Origin: Hydrolagus colliei
Taxonomy: Eukaryota
Reading direction: 5' to 3'
Assembly: GCA_035084275.1 (NCBI GenBank)
Contig: CM068761.1
Coordinates: 9,176,001 to 9,240,000, forward strand
DNA: 64,000 bases
Shown: positions 12,894 through 26,787 of the stretch, in pieces
How positions within the stretch are numbered: the first letter of the stretch is position 1
Layout of the letters: the number at the start of each line of letters is the position of its first letter
Program-made: the position numbers and the translations under genes
Notes under the pieces: generated by a model
Seen by the model: the letters and a program-made list of their open reading frames with translations, nothing else
Databases searched by the model: none
What the model was told of the DNA's origin: nothing

Positions 12894-13422
12894 TGCCAAT
12901 CCCCACTCTGGTCCCTTTACCGAAGAATAAGCCCGATTCCCACACAGCACAGTAATAATCAGCGGCGTCATCCCCCTGAACACTGGAGATGATTAAATCG
13001 CCAGACCTGGAATCCCTGGAGCCCGAGAATCGATCGGAAATTCCCGACATCCTGGTGAAGCTGTTCACTCCATTAGTGTACAGGAGATACTGAGGAGCAT
13101 TCCCCGGCCTTTGCTGGTACCAATACACAGTTTCGCTGCTAATACTGCCCCCAGTCATGGTACATCCCAGGGTCAACTTCTCTCCCAGGGAGGTAGAGAC
13201 CGACGGCGGCTGATGTAAGGCTGGCAGCGAGTTTACACCTGTAAAACAGTAAGTCAGGAGAACACATAACAATACATGATGATTCTCAAATAAAAGGCAA
13301 CTCAAAGCTCTCAGCCCATGTACCCAACACAAGAACAAAGAACAGGAGCAATAATAATCCCTGAAGGACTCACAGTGGAGGCAAGTCATCAATGTGGCGA
13401 GAAATGGAATCCAAGGCGCCAT
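12894..13422 (-). CDS. IGLV: Leader (13422-13374) plus germline-joined VJ exon (13238-12894), cluster A; CDR3 AVWESGLF
   Basis: GTGAGT/TTTTACAG intron; V with C..WYQQ..DYYC running in frame into FGKGTRVGIG, then GTAAGT donor. Spliced L+VJ+C is 717 nt (238 aa). Confidence 0.97.
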
Positions 13423-13500
13423 GGTGAGGGTTGCGGGATCGGTCACAAACTCCAACCGTTTCCTGACAACAACTGACTCTGGGTATCAGCCCGTGGCTCA

Positions 13501-13555
13501 GTTTATGAACTGACCCAATTCTGAACGTCACACGGCGCTGATCAGTTATGCAAAT
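13501..13555 (-). promoter_or_regulatory. IgL V promoter, cluster A (octamer 13548-13555)
   Basis: ATTTGCAT on the coding strand, CCAAT, TGACGTTCA and CATAAA. Confidence 0.85.
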
Positions 13556-16500
13556 CCCCCGGGGCCGCCTGGCCCGGCCCGTTCACCTCCACCCGAGAGC
13601 CGGGTGACCAGCGGCTCATTGACAACACTTCACACTCACAGGAATAAAGCACAGGATCAGTGGATTCTCAACTCGAATCTGAGACGTTTATACTTTTGTT
13701 GTTCGGTTAGCGGATCATTTACCAGCGACACATCAATTCAAACAATGTGGAGGAAATGGTCATCCGGAAATATCACCAAATATTCACATTCAAAAACTGT
13801 GGCATTTTTATGAATAAATGACATATTTATATAACGTGGTAGATTTGTTGAATTGCAGCTGGAAAGGGTGAAGAATTATAAACTAAATCATGTTTTATAG
13901 ATAAGTACAAATATTCAAATATCCCAGTTTGGACTTGGATTCCATTGTAGGTATTTGCTTGTAATAAGTAATAAGAATAATATTTCTTGCATTTGCTGTA
14001 GAGAATTTCTTGTCTTCTAAACGACTCAGGAACTTCACAGGATGTACTGTTATTGGAAGGCAAGATGGGTTAGTCAAATGCGCTCAGCAATGTCCCACAA
14101 CCAGGCATCGATTGAAGTGACCAAGTTATCATTTATTTTATTATTGTTTAAATGGACGTTGAAAGGTTTCTGTTAATAGTTTCCATGGAGGTAAAGCACG
14201 AGTTTCCACACATCAAGTTATGATGTCAACGAGTCAATTTTAAGTTTGTATTGACTTTTTCTTGCTGATTTAACCTAACAATTTAAAGGAGTCTCAAGAG
14301 GTCTGACTGCCCCACGGCTCCGTCCTACTAACAACAACAACAACAACAAAATTACATTGATAAAGCGCCTTTCACGTCGGGAGGATGTGAAAGGCTAAAC
14401 AGAATTTACGTTTGAGATTGTATCAGCATGGATTCCCGCAGCTCAATGGTTACAGCGTTTGCAAAGAAGAGATATGGGTTATTTTGCCGGCAAGGCGAAA
14501 CCTTGAGCAAGGTTCCTGTTTCCACACTGACTGACAATAGTCCCTCGATTAACAGGCAATTAAAATTGGTCATTTGAATCCAGAACAGTTTGTGGAGCGC
14601 TGCTGTGCGCAGTTTGCTGCCTGTCTTGTCCACAAAACTACAGTTAATTCACCATCGACTACCCCAATAACACACTCATCACAGTATCCTTTCACACGAC
14701 ATAAAAGAAAAATCCATGTATTATTAGAAATCAGGTAAAACAATAAAGAATTTACACATTTGATCACTAGTTAACACATATCTGCCGTTTATTGCAAGCT
14801 ATGACCTCAATGAATCACTTCTGCGTTTGTAATGACTTGTTTTTGCTGATTTAACATAACAAGTTACAGCAGTCTGTATAGGTCAGCGCCAAGGGTCCGA
14901 CCCGCGAAAAAGAATTAACGTTTGAGATTGTTTCACCATAGAGTCCTGTAGCTCAATGGTTAGAGCACTTGCAAGCAAGAGATATGGGTTGTTTTCCCGG
15001 CAGGGCGAAACCTTCAGAAAAGTTTCCTTTCTCTACACTGTCTGACAATAATCCCTCGAAAAAAACCAATGATACAATTTCAATTCAGGACAATTTGTGG
15101 ATTCCTCTGTGCGCTGTTTGCTGTCCATCTCACCAACAAAAATACAGTTAATTCACCATTGCCTACTCCAATAACACACTCCTCACAGCATCCTATTACA
15201 CTATCAATAACACATGAAAAATCCATCTTTATTGGACGTCAGAGAAAAGAATATACAATTGACACGTTTGATCACTTCATCCTCTTTAAGCAGTTTGTTA
15301 CTAAACATTAGATGACAATTTACAGCATTATTCTATTATACATTCAAAGACAGCAGAGAACATGGTGTGGATGGGTTAGGTGAAGTGCTGATATTATAAG
15401 AGTACATACAGTATTACAGAAGTGGATTGTGGTGGAGGGAAGCAATTACTTTTCATTGAATAAGGAATAAGATTTCGAATGTAGTCTGATGATTTGCTTT
15501 CACAGAACCTTTAATGTAGCAGGAAAATATGATATGTTTTAACCGTTCACTGCAGTTTTGGAATGTGTTGATGTGTTCCACTTATTCTGAAAAATCCCAG
15601 TTTAGCCCCTGATTCCACCATAGTTAGTTGGTAAAACTATTGAAATAAATTATATTGACGTCTAGTTATTCCTTATGCGCTGTGCTCGCTTTAGCAGAAT
15701 AAGTGATTACAGTTTATAAACCAGAGTCCTGTAGCTGAGTGGTTAGAACTCGCCTTGCAAGCGAGGAATCTGGGTTCAATTCCCGGACGGGTTAAAACTT
15801 GGGCAAGTTTCCTTACTCCACATGCCTAATAAGAATGCCTTAAAAAAATTAGTAATTTTATCTACAACTGTATGTGGGACACTGCTGTGCATAATTGGCT
15901 GCCGCATTTCACCCCCATATATACATATACAGTCAATTCATTTTACAGTATATTCTGTTTGTGAAGCGATTTGAAATGTCTAAATGACGCATAAAGCGCA
16001 AATAAATCAACAAATCAATAATCCTTCCATTAGATATAGCGCATTCCACATTTTATCGGTGTCTCAAATGAAAGGATTATTATTATTATTATTTGGATTT
16101 TTTGGCCGAAAATCGTATCAAATGTAAAAACCTATTGAGAGATTTGAACAAAGCATTGCATCCTGAAGCTCTGCAAATACAGGTGTTTGTACCTAATTTC
16201 AAGCCCTTAAAAATTATATATTGTGTGATGTTCAATGCAGGCCCTGAGCTCACAATCTTGGTGTCTGGTATTTCATTTCTACCTTACACCACATCAATGT
16301 TTAACTCATGTGTCGTCAATATTTCCAACATCTAAGATTTCAAAACCTGAATATCCAACTCAATAGGCTGCAGATCATCGAGAACTTTGCTTTCATGTCT
16401 CCTTCTGCTCCTACAGGAGGCTTCAAGAAATTATCAACCCCACCCCTTACAAATCAATGCCACATTCTCTTCACCAAGCTGACTGCCTTGCCTCCTTCAA

Positions 16501-19500
16501 GGTAGTTATCAGGACCTTCGACCACCTGTTTGACCTCCCTGCTACCTTCCCTGCCCTCCCAATACACTGATTCAATCCCCTCAACATGACTCCAAATCAC
16601 TGACAAGACAGCGCCTTGGGATAATATCTAGATATGAAAGGCAAAACACAAATGTAATTTCATAATTGTTATCTAATTGTGTCTAGCCGTATGGTTATTT
16701 CTGGATCATGACTAATCCCAAGTCAATGAGCACACAAGCCCATGTGGGCATCGACACCACACTACACTACACTGCGTGAAGGATACTACATAAATGCAAG
16801 TTGTTGTTGACATCGTTGTTTTAATACTTGTTTTAGAATGCCAACTGGGTGACATTCAGCAAATCTATGTGGTTCTCTAGCTTTTTGCTTCCTATCAATC
16901 ATCATGTACGGATTGCGTTAGCATCATACTTTTCCTCATATACTTTTTTTTATCTGCATATATATATACATCCGATGACAAAGTTAAAAATTGAATCATG
17001 CACAAATGAAGGATGATCTCCAAACCAATCACAGATCATTTCCTAGTGCTGAATTCTACCATTATTAAATTATCTTCCAATCATACTGGTTAGATCATTC
17101 TTTCTAAATCCATAATAATGATACATTTTGGATTACATTCTTTTAGCTCCTTATTTGGGAGGTTGGCTCGATGGTCGTTGTGAAAATCAGCCCATTAGCT
17201 TATTGCAACATGGCAGAAAGAGCCAAAAACAGAATTATAAATTTTAATTTGGTGGAAGGATGTCTAATATACTACAAATTCTTATTCTCATCCAAAGTAG
17301 AGCAAGTCTGAAAATGCAATGAACCTCCCCACCCTGTACACAACGCTGCATTGGAGTATCAACATTGACAATATATGTTCCAACTGTAGACGTGGTGCTG
17401 GAACTCCCAATGCTCTGAATCTTGGGTAGAATGCCTGCAACTGTGCCAGACAGTCACACTGGCACATACAGTCATCTGGCATGCCTTTAGTCAGAAAGTG
17501 AATAAATGACGTTGAACCAATCACACATCATTCCCTGGTCCTAAATTCTATGCATAGCAGTTTACCTGCCAATTGCACCCTATAGGACCCTTCTTTATCT
17601 GTCCAAAGTTATAATACATTGATCGTTACTTTAATGTTCACGTTACATTTGTAGGATGGCAAATGGATCAATGAATATTCTGCATATTTGCAGCAGCCCA
17701 TTCAGACGCAACAGTTTTCCACAAGCAGCCATGAAGTGAATCAAAATATCAACAATAAATTACAGTTGTATAGCACTGAATGATGAATTCTAATTTGGGT
17801 GCATCTTGTCCAGGATGTGGCAAATGCTCCTTTTACCTTTTCAAATGTGTCATATTTTAGATCCAGATAAACTACCAGACTGAGATCTCATTGTAGCAAT
17901 GGCACCTCCAACAAAATAGCAAATCTGCAGCACAGCATCAGTGTCAACATTTACAATATATGTATATGTTCCAATTCCATGTTTGGTGCTTGAAACCCCA
18001 ACCCTCTGATTCAGAGGGTAATTCCAATTGAGCCAGGCTTACAAACTGACACAGGTGTCAATGTTCCTTCTTGCCTTCCACCTGGAGCGTTCCAAATGCA
18101 TGACTAAGCTGCTAAATTAAGTCTCGTGGCACAAGGGTAGAGCACTCACCTTGCAAGCGAATAATGTAGGATGAGTCGACCTTGACATTGTGGAGGGCTT
18201 TAAATGTGAGGACCAGGATGTTGAATTGGATCCTCTGGATGATGGGGAGCCAATAGAGTCAGGCGAGGATGGGGTAGATGGGGTCACAGAGTTTGGAACG
18301 GTAGAGAACATGAGCCGCAGAGTTCTGGATTATCTGCAGCCTGCGGAGGGAGGGGTTGGGAAGGCCAACCAGCAGGGCATTTGTATAATCTATCTGGGGT
18401 GTAGTGAAGCCATAGATGAGGGTTTCAGTGTCTTTGGGGGTGAGGTAGTGGCAGAGTAGGGCAATGTTGCAGATGGGGAAAGGCAGAGCGAATCATTGAT
18501 TGGATGTGGAGGAGGAAAAACAGTGGAGTGTTCAACAAGACACCTAGGATCCTGACTGGCTTTGTGAGTTTGAGAGTGCCACCATGGAGGTTGATGCTGT
18601 CAGCGCCTGGTGCAAGAAGTCACTGGCATGAGCCAGTCAGTAGCGCCTCTGTCTTGTTGACATTCAACTGTAGAAATTTAGCTCTCTTCCAGGACTTGAT
18701 GTCTGACCACTGTCAGGAGAGTGGTAGTCCAAGAGTCCAAGGCAGAGGCAGAGTGACAGAGTTGGGTGTCATCTGCATACATGTGGAAGTTAAACCAATA
18801 TCTGCAGATGATGTCAGGTTGTAGATGTTGTAGCTGTTGATTTTGAAAAGTAAGGGACAAGGACAGAGCCCTGGTGGATGCCATGGGGTGACAGTGCGGG
18901 GCTGGAGGAGAAGCCGTTGGTGGTGACAACGTGTAGGCAATGAGAGAGGTACAACAACATTAACAGCTTTGATTTATATAGCGTCCTCCACGCTGGAAGG
19001 TGTCTCAGAGAGCTTCACAATAGCGCATCCTGGGACGAGCCAGGGGTAAAGGTCTTCAGCTGGGACCTGAAACTTAGCAAAGAGGGGAGAGGTGAAGGTA
19101 GTGAAGAAGGGAATTCCAGAGCCTTGGGGCATAGTGGCTGAATGCATGGTCACGAAGGTGGAGCGGAGGATTTGGGGGACTTGTGGGAGGCCAGACACAC
19201 TGGAGCAAAGGTAACGGGTGCTGGTTTGAGTTGACGGGAGGTCAGAGATGTAGGGGTGTGCAGAGGAGTGGAAGGATATGAAGACAAGGGTGAGGATCTT
19301 GAAGTCGATCCTCTCTGGGATACGGAGCCAGTGAAGTCTGGCCAGGACTGGGGTAATGGGGGAGCGACGTTTTGTGCAGGTGGGAATACAGGCAGCAGAG
19401 TTCAGAATGAGCTGGACTCTGGATTGTGGAGGAAGGGAGACCAGCGAGGAGGGCACTGGATTAGCCCTGTCGAGAGGTGTCAAAGGCGTGGACCAGGATT

Positions 19501-22500
19501 TTGTTGGCTTTTAGGGTGGGGTATTGCCGGAGACGGGTGCTGCATTGGAGGTGGAAGAAGGCAGAGCTGGTGAGGGAGTGGATGTGAGGGAGGAAGTACA
19601 GTTGGGGGTCGAACTTGACCCCAGGTTATGCACAGGTTCACAGAGTTTTTCGGTCAGGTGACAGCAGTGGGAATGGAGACATTGACAAGAGCCAAAGAGT
19701 ATGAGTGGGAGTCGAATCAGGCAAGGACAGGTCTGTGGAGATTGACCAGCCAGGAGATGCGGTTTAGGAGGACATTGTTAAAGGCAGCAGAGAGGTCAAT
19801 GAGTACAGGAGGGAAATGAGCGAAGCTGGGAAGCAATGACCCATTGGAGAGGAATGGGAGGTTGGCGATGGGGCAATAGCTAGAGATTAGTAATGCATCA
19901 AGAGTAGGTTTTGTCAGATGGTGATGATGAGAGCAGTTTTTAGAGGAATGGGGATGCTGCTGGTGGATGCACAGAGGGGAATTTGATGATGTCAGTTAAG
20001 AGGGGGGAAAGGAGTTGGAGCTGGGAGATGAGAAGAGGGGTGGGGATGGGGTCAAGGGAGCAGGTGGTTGGTTTGATTTTGCAGAGGATAGCAGAGAAGG
20101 TGGGGGAAGAGGTATCTAGTGGGGGTGGGAGGGAGATGGATCCTATGGAGTGTGAGTGTGGGCTGAACGAATCCCTTTTGAATTTCACCGACAAATGTAC
20201 AGTCAACTCACTTTAAAGAATATTTTGTGATGCACTGTAAGTAGTCTAGAAGACTTGAAAAGAGCTATACCACATTTTAAAAAATTATTATTAAAATTTA
20301 TTGTTAATAAAATTCCAATATTATCAATTCCTTGCTCTACTGAAATCGAGAACTACTCCAAATCTAGCTACTCCCAAGCATCTCTTATATCCCAAATACA
20401 GACCTTCAAGTGTCTCTTAGTTCTCTGCCACACGTTGTCCAAGCATTCTCCAACTTACTGCCCCTCAGACCCATTTCTCATTGTCTCCCTTGTAGTTTTT
20501 CCCCATTATTATAAATCTTTTTTCTGGCTACTGACCTATGGTTTCCGCCCCCCACCCCCACCCACTCCTGATAAGGAGTGATTGGTGGTGTCACAGAGTA
20601 TAGGGACGAAGAGGTAGTGTTTGGAGATAACAATGCTGTGGAGATGGATTCAAGCGAGCGGGTTGTGTGTTTTATGATCGATATGGTGGTGTTTGGTGAA
20701 AAGGGGGAAATGTAGAAGCGGCAAATGGTAGGGGTCGAGTGTGTGCCGAAGGTGGGGAAGGATCTGCGTTTGGGGTGAGGGGACAGGATTGGGGTTGGGT
20801 CAGAGGCTGCTCAATGGATTTGGAAGAGGCAAGAAAGGAACAGTATGTTCTCATCTCATCCGGCCATATATCCAGGTGGACCATTATGTGACATTTGAGC
20901 CTGTTCCATTCGATGGCCTGAACCTTACCCCAGAGGAGTAGATGCGGCTGGTGTAACAGAGTGAGGATTGTGATTTGGACGTGGTTCTTGAGGTGAGGAG
21001 GGCAAGGACATTGAGAGTAGTTAAGGGAGTGTTATGGAGGAAAAGTATTGAGCAGGATCAGTCAGTGTGTGATCACATTTCCCTGGTTTTAGTCCAAATA
21101 AACAACCGCCATCACTTCATCTCCATACATCATTTTACCTTCTGCCCAGGCAGTCACCTGTGTTTTACCCCAAGGCTTAAACCAGGGTCACTTTTTCCTT
21201 AGAGTATTTACACGCTATCTCTCCCTAATATAAGTTGCAAGAATGTTGGATTTATCCCAATGCACGCCAATCAAATCCAAATATATCTATTCTCCTCTTC
21301 ATCCTTCTCCTTGTAACACTGAGACAACTCATGTTTCATTCAGTTGTTTGTCAGACATCAACTCCTGGTTCAATACCAATTTCCGGCAGTTATATTTCAA
21401 CGAGACGGAAACCATACACTTTGGCTACTATCAGTATTATTTCGACTGTCGATCTGACCTGTTCGGCCACCGACAGCACACACCACCTTCCCCTCTACCA
21501 CAGCCACTTCCCACATATTCCAACCATGTACCATATCTTTAGTGAACCCAGGTGTCAGGTTCAATATGATTCACAGCAGGAATCTACTCCCAAGCCAGTT
21601 TGACTTTCTGCCAACTCTGTCATATTGCCCAGCTACACAACACACTGAATGCAGTTGGATTCTTGCCCCATTTCTCTGTCACCTCCACTCTCGACTACTC
21701 ATTACCCTCCTATTCTCCACTGTCCAAAAATCGAAAGTTTGGTCTGTTGTAGGCGGAGGGGGGGGGGGGGGGGGGGGGGAGGGCAAGGTAAGAATCAGAG
21801 GTCGTCCAGCAGACAATGGAGCTAAATGTGGAAGTGTTGATGAATCGAAATCAGCCTACTGTTGCGGAACTTTGAAGGTGTTTTCAGTAGGCAGTGTTGG
21901 AAGCAGTTTTGAAGTAAAGGTGGTAGTCAAAAAAGTGGAAGAGGTTAGGTCCATTGGAGAAGAACTTGAATCATTAGCAATTGGGTGTGGAGAAAGTTCA
22001 AGAGAAAAAGTAATGGGATTATGGTCAGTTACAATGATGGAAACAGAGAAGGAAAGATGCGACAAATGTTTTTATAATACAAACATTAGGGGAGGCACAG
22101 AAGAGAGATGGAGGGAAGGCAAGAACTGGAAGATGCTGCACAGCGGATTTTGGTCATGTCAAACACATAACAATATTAAGTGCTGAGAAATGCGATTGGG
22201 AGTGAAGCGCACGATAATCAATGCAATCTGTTGGGATGGCACTATACTAATGTAATTCTGTTGTTAGTTGACCCTGTCCCTGGCTCGGTCCCGGGATCCA
22301 TTGTTGTGAAGTGCTCTCAAACGCTGTCAGGTGAGGAGTGCGCTATATAAATCAAAGATGTTGTTGTTGTCACCTTTCTTATTTGTCATGAGTGGATACG
22401 AATGCAGTGACAGTGGAGATCAGAGGAAAGTGTTCCTTTCTCTCCTTAACCCAACATATTGCACAATTTATCTCTTACCCTCTCACAGCCCGAAATCAGA

Positions 22501-24143
22501 TTATCTAAATCACATCATGTTGTGGCTGTATTATTATTTTCGACGTTCTTTGTCTTTTTTCAGTGGATTTAAGGGCAGATGGCCACCAAACATTCTTCGG
22601 ATTCTGTTGTCACTTACATGTCCTTAGGTATCCTCAGGAAGTGTCGTTCGATAACGAATCAATTGAATGAACTGACTCGTTATCTGGTCAATTTAGCAAA
22701 GATAAATCGTATTTTATACTGATTTAGTTTTCTGGTAACATTTCTGAGTATTGTCCTGGGATGCAGTTCATAGATTGTAATGGATGTCAAGACCACCAAA
22801 GGCCTTTCCTGGTGGGACAATTATAAACATCATCTCACTGGAGGCGTTTGCCCAGCGACGCTCCTGTCACTGTTACCAGTGGGCCATGCGCCCAGAAATT
22901 AAACACGCCCAATGAGGCGACAACCCGCCCAATGAGGCAAGAAGCCACCCAATGTGGCGAGATCCCGCCCAATCACCAAACATTGGCAGCGGGTCTCAGG
23001 GCGACTCAATTTATTGGTGGATCCCCTCCCCCCAGCGGTGCGTATTGGCTGCGTATTGGCATCCACCCCCAGCACGTTAGGTTGGCGGTCAGGTGTCCAT
23101 CACACCGAGAACACTCCCCCCTCCCCGGCCAGCCAGTCACCCTTTCCTGCCTCGGGGCCCCGCGCTATTGTATTTCATGTTCCTGAGGCCTCCACTGCAC
23201 CAATTTATAATATTACTGACAACCCTTGGAGAGTTATAAGGAATTAAGATACAAACAGTCGGTTTGGGGGGTTAGCGCTGACACGTGTTGACTGTAAAGC
23301 AATTAAAAGCATCTGCATCATGTCTGAAAATACCAGCAGCCGCGGCTCGGTAACATGAATGGTTTTGCTGAGAGTGGATCGGAGAACATGTCAAGATGAG
23401 GGATTGGATAAGGGAACTGTATAATGAGCTGCAGTGAAATATTGTTCTCACTCGTTTATTTCCTGACTGTCAGTGACAGCGGGAGGGTGGGGGGGGGAGG
23501 GGGCGATACGTTGTGGATTTGAGCGAAAGAACATTGAGATGACGCTCCAACAAGAGCTTTCCGTCCAATATTAATAGTAAATGGCAACTGATAATCTGCG
23601 GCAAATTGGGTGAATGTTGGAATTTAACCCGACAATAACCACACAGTTTGCTATTGGAATTACCAGCCACCTTCCCGCTGCTTGTTCAGCTCGCACCAAG
23701 TGTGTAGTCATGGCGTTCGCTTGCGGAACAGTCATCATTTGTCAGTAAATAAAATGATCAATAAAACAGTGTCATTGATGGCAATGAATCTGTGACTTTA
23801 TTAAGCGGAGCTACTTAATAATGAAACAATGTGATTGTTACGAGCCAGGAAACTAGCAAGACGCAGAAATGGCAATCAGCTATTCCTAGATAATTGTACA
23901 TTAATTAAGAATCCGCGAATCGCTGCGATCATTTAAAATAATGAATGAAACACAAGTAAAACAAGTTTTGTTTTATTGCAAACTCAAACTGCTCCACATT
24001 TTGATCTGAATTACAACTGCATCGAAATACAAACGGCGCGATACTGTGACACAGTTTGGCTCGTTATACAAATGTGGGAATGTCGAATTGAACATTTCTC
24101 AAGAAGGCTCCGTGGGCAGTACAGTTCATTACAGTTCCCGGAA

Positions 24144-24466
24144 TCATACACAGGTGGATCTGGCGATGGTTGTTTTAAGAGGATCTGCCCGAGCCTCGTG
24201 TTTGACCAGACAGGAATACAGCTCGTGTGACTCCCACTCGGAGGCTGGCAGAGTCAGATAACTGCTCACACTGTACGTGTTGTCCACCTCCTGCTTGATC
24301 GCACTCGTTTCAACACCTTCACTTCTGGCACTGCCATCCACAGTCCACTTGACCTCCACAGCTCCCGGGGTAAAATCATTCACCAGACACACCAGGGTCG
24401 CCTTGCTCTTTGCTGTGATTTGATCTGGTGACGGCGGAAGGACAGTCACCGAAGGGGCCCGTGGGT
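24144..24466 (-). CDS. IGLC: Ig light-chain constant exon, cluster B
   Basis: 323-nt intact exon, canonical acceptor, nearly identical to cluster A (KQEVD vs KQQVD). Confidence 0.97.
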
Positions 24467-26125
24467 CTGGAAATAAAGATTCAGTTTTAAAAACATCTGC
24501 TGAGAACTTTATCATTTCTCTCTGATGGTTTAGCAATATAAAGTGCTCCTCTCTTCACTCCCAATTGATGCGAATCTCAAACTAATCTCGCCTATATACC
24601 GGCTACTAACTTTACCATTTTGCTAAGATCGATAGTTACCTACAAACTCTGGCGGCTGGTATTGTGACAGATGTGATTCTGTTTCAGGTAAATCATTACT
24701 ATGTTTAGCAGAAACACGTTGATGTTATTCAAACAACTGCTTGTGTTAAAATGAGAAGAAATAGATTAATTACGGCTGGAAAACATGCGGAAAATACTGT
24801 CGGGATCAATGTGATGAGTGTTGTGGATGCGGGTGTATAATGATTACACTCTAAACGTTCAGATCAAACCAAGTGAGAATGAGTTACAGCGATTAGAGCT
24901 CCTGCGATAGAATCCTCTTAAAATAACAAGATATTTGTTGCAGAAACAGTGTGTTTAGAGTTGACCAGTCACCCGTGAGTTGTGGTCAGCCTTCAGTTGC
25001 ACTTTACACCATCATGTTCACTGTGTTTACAGCTCCCGCTGGATATTATTCTAATCTTTCGCATTTCTATTCTAAACCAATTCTGAATTTGATAATCAAT
25101 GTGAATTATTAGCGATGATTTGATCCTGTCGATAAAATAACCATTATTAATAAGAAATTATCCACAACATTGCGTTTCAAGTTAGAGATGAAATAAAGTT
25201 GGTGTTTGGGCTGTCCATGGGCCAGTGTACCTCCCGCCCACATTCGCTGTTCACTGTTCTCAACAGTTACACATCAACTTACAGCTTTGCTGCAGTTGGC
25301 GATTTGGGTTTTATTTTCCTTCAATAACAATTACCTGGTCAGTAAAGCCGTCGGTGAAAAAAAGATGATTCACTTTATGGCTGTTTGTGGGACATTGCTG
25401 AACACAATGACACGATGGCCACAAATGCACAGTGACTCACTGTAGAGTAAATACTGTGAAGTTTATTGAAATATCTCGATCACAGGGTGACAGTTATTAT
25501 TGCTGTTATTGCTATTATACATGCAGTATTATTAAGAACAATACAGTCAACGTTTCCATTCGATCTCATTAAAATAAGCCAAAGAACTGTCTGTTGCTAA
25601 TGTTTGGATGATCCTGGCAGCAAAGTCTGGCCTCTCAGCTTTCTCTCTGTGTCAGATCTGCAGAGATGTGTGAGGCCACCTATTCAACACCGTTAGCAGC
25701 AATAAATAATCCTTTAATATTCTGCTATCATGAACTAATTCGTGGGTCACGGGCTGAGATTTCGTTTGGGAATGTCGGGTTTGTAATAAGATTCGATGAG
25801 AATCGGAATACAATCGGTTACAATACAACACCATCTACATTGATGTCGCGGTTGCCTGGCGGGAGGATTTCGCAAATGACCAAAACAAGTGAAACTGAAT
25901 TAAAATAGGAGAATATCGCATTCAATTGATACAATGGAATTCATACGGTAAACTTCTCACCACCAAGAATTCAAACATATACCTATCACGTTAGAAAGGT
26001 TATCAATGAGGTCAGAATATTAATGCAAATGATTTTTCGAAAAATAATTGAGCTCAATGTAAAATACAGCGCCAGATAAATGATGAATAAAAACCCAATC
26101 TGTACCAAATCAGGAATATACTTAC

Positions 26126-26654
26126 TGCCAATCCCCACTCTGGTCCCTTTACCGAAGAATAAGCCCGATTGCCACACAGCACAGTAATAATCAGCGGCGT
26201 CATCCCCCTGAACACTGGAGATGATTAAATCGCCAGACCTGGAATCCCTGGAGCCCGAGAATCGATCGGAAACTCCCGACATCCTGGTGAAGCTGTTCAC
26301 TCCATTAGTGTACAGGAGATACTGAGGAGCATTCCCCGGCCTTTGCTGGTACCAATACACATATTTGCTGCTAATACTGCCCCCAGTCATGGTACAACCC
26401 AGGGTCAACTTCTCTCCCAGGGAGGTAGAGACCGACGGCGGCTGATGTAAGGCTGGCAGCGAGTTTACACCTGTAAAACAGTAAGTCAGGAGAACACATA
26501 ACAATACATGATGATTCTCAAATAACAGGCAAATCAAAGCTCTCAGCCCATGTACCCAACACAAGAACAAGGAACTGGAGCAATAATAATCCCTGAAGGA
26601 CTCACAGTGGAGGCAAGTCATCAATGTGGCGAGAAATGGAACCCAAGGCGCCAT
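26126..26654 (-). CDS. IGLV: Leader (26654-26606) plus germline-joined VJ exon (26470-26126), cluster B; CDR3 AVWQSGLF
   Basis: Intact frame, canonical splice sites, FGKG J motif fused to V. Confidence 0.97.
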
Positions 26655-26732
26655 GGTGAGGGTTACGGGATCGGTCACAAACTCCAACCGTTTCCTGACA
26701 ACAACTGACTCTGGGTATCAGCCCGTGGCTCA

Positions 26733-26787
26733 GTTTATGAACTGACCCAATTCTGAACGTCACACGGCGCTGATCAGTTATGCAAAT
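26733..26787 (-). promoter_or_regulatory. IgL V promoter, cluster B (octamer 26780-26787)
   Basis: ATTTGCAT on the coding strand; same layout as cluster A. Confidence 0.85.

Noticed and set aside
12948-12954. Embedded cryptic heptamer TACTGTG at the V 3' end (A, B, C) as a V-replacement site
   Set aside because: A by-product of Tyr-Cys codons; no nonamer at 12 or 23 bp, absent in D, and no RSS-bearing donor V in the window.
13239-13373. 135-nt leader intron is stop-free and in frame, so the ORF track reads through it
   Set aside because: About 1-in-9 chance for 45 codons, the copies are not independent, and splice sites are canonical. The upstream ORF extension starts at TTG, not ATG.
13371-13377. 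Perfect heptamer CACAGTG at the leader exon/intron junction (all copies)
   Set aside because: It is just CAC T|GTGAGT (codon plus splice donor). No nonamer-like sequence at 12 or 23 bp in either direction.
12894-13422. Processed (retroposed) origin of the joined VJ genes
   Set aside because: Leader and J-C introns and the native promoter are retained; no poly(A) tail or TSD.
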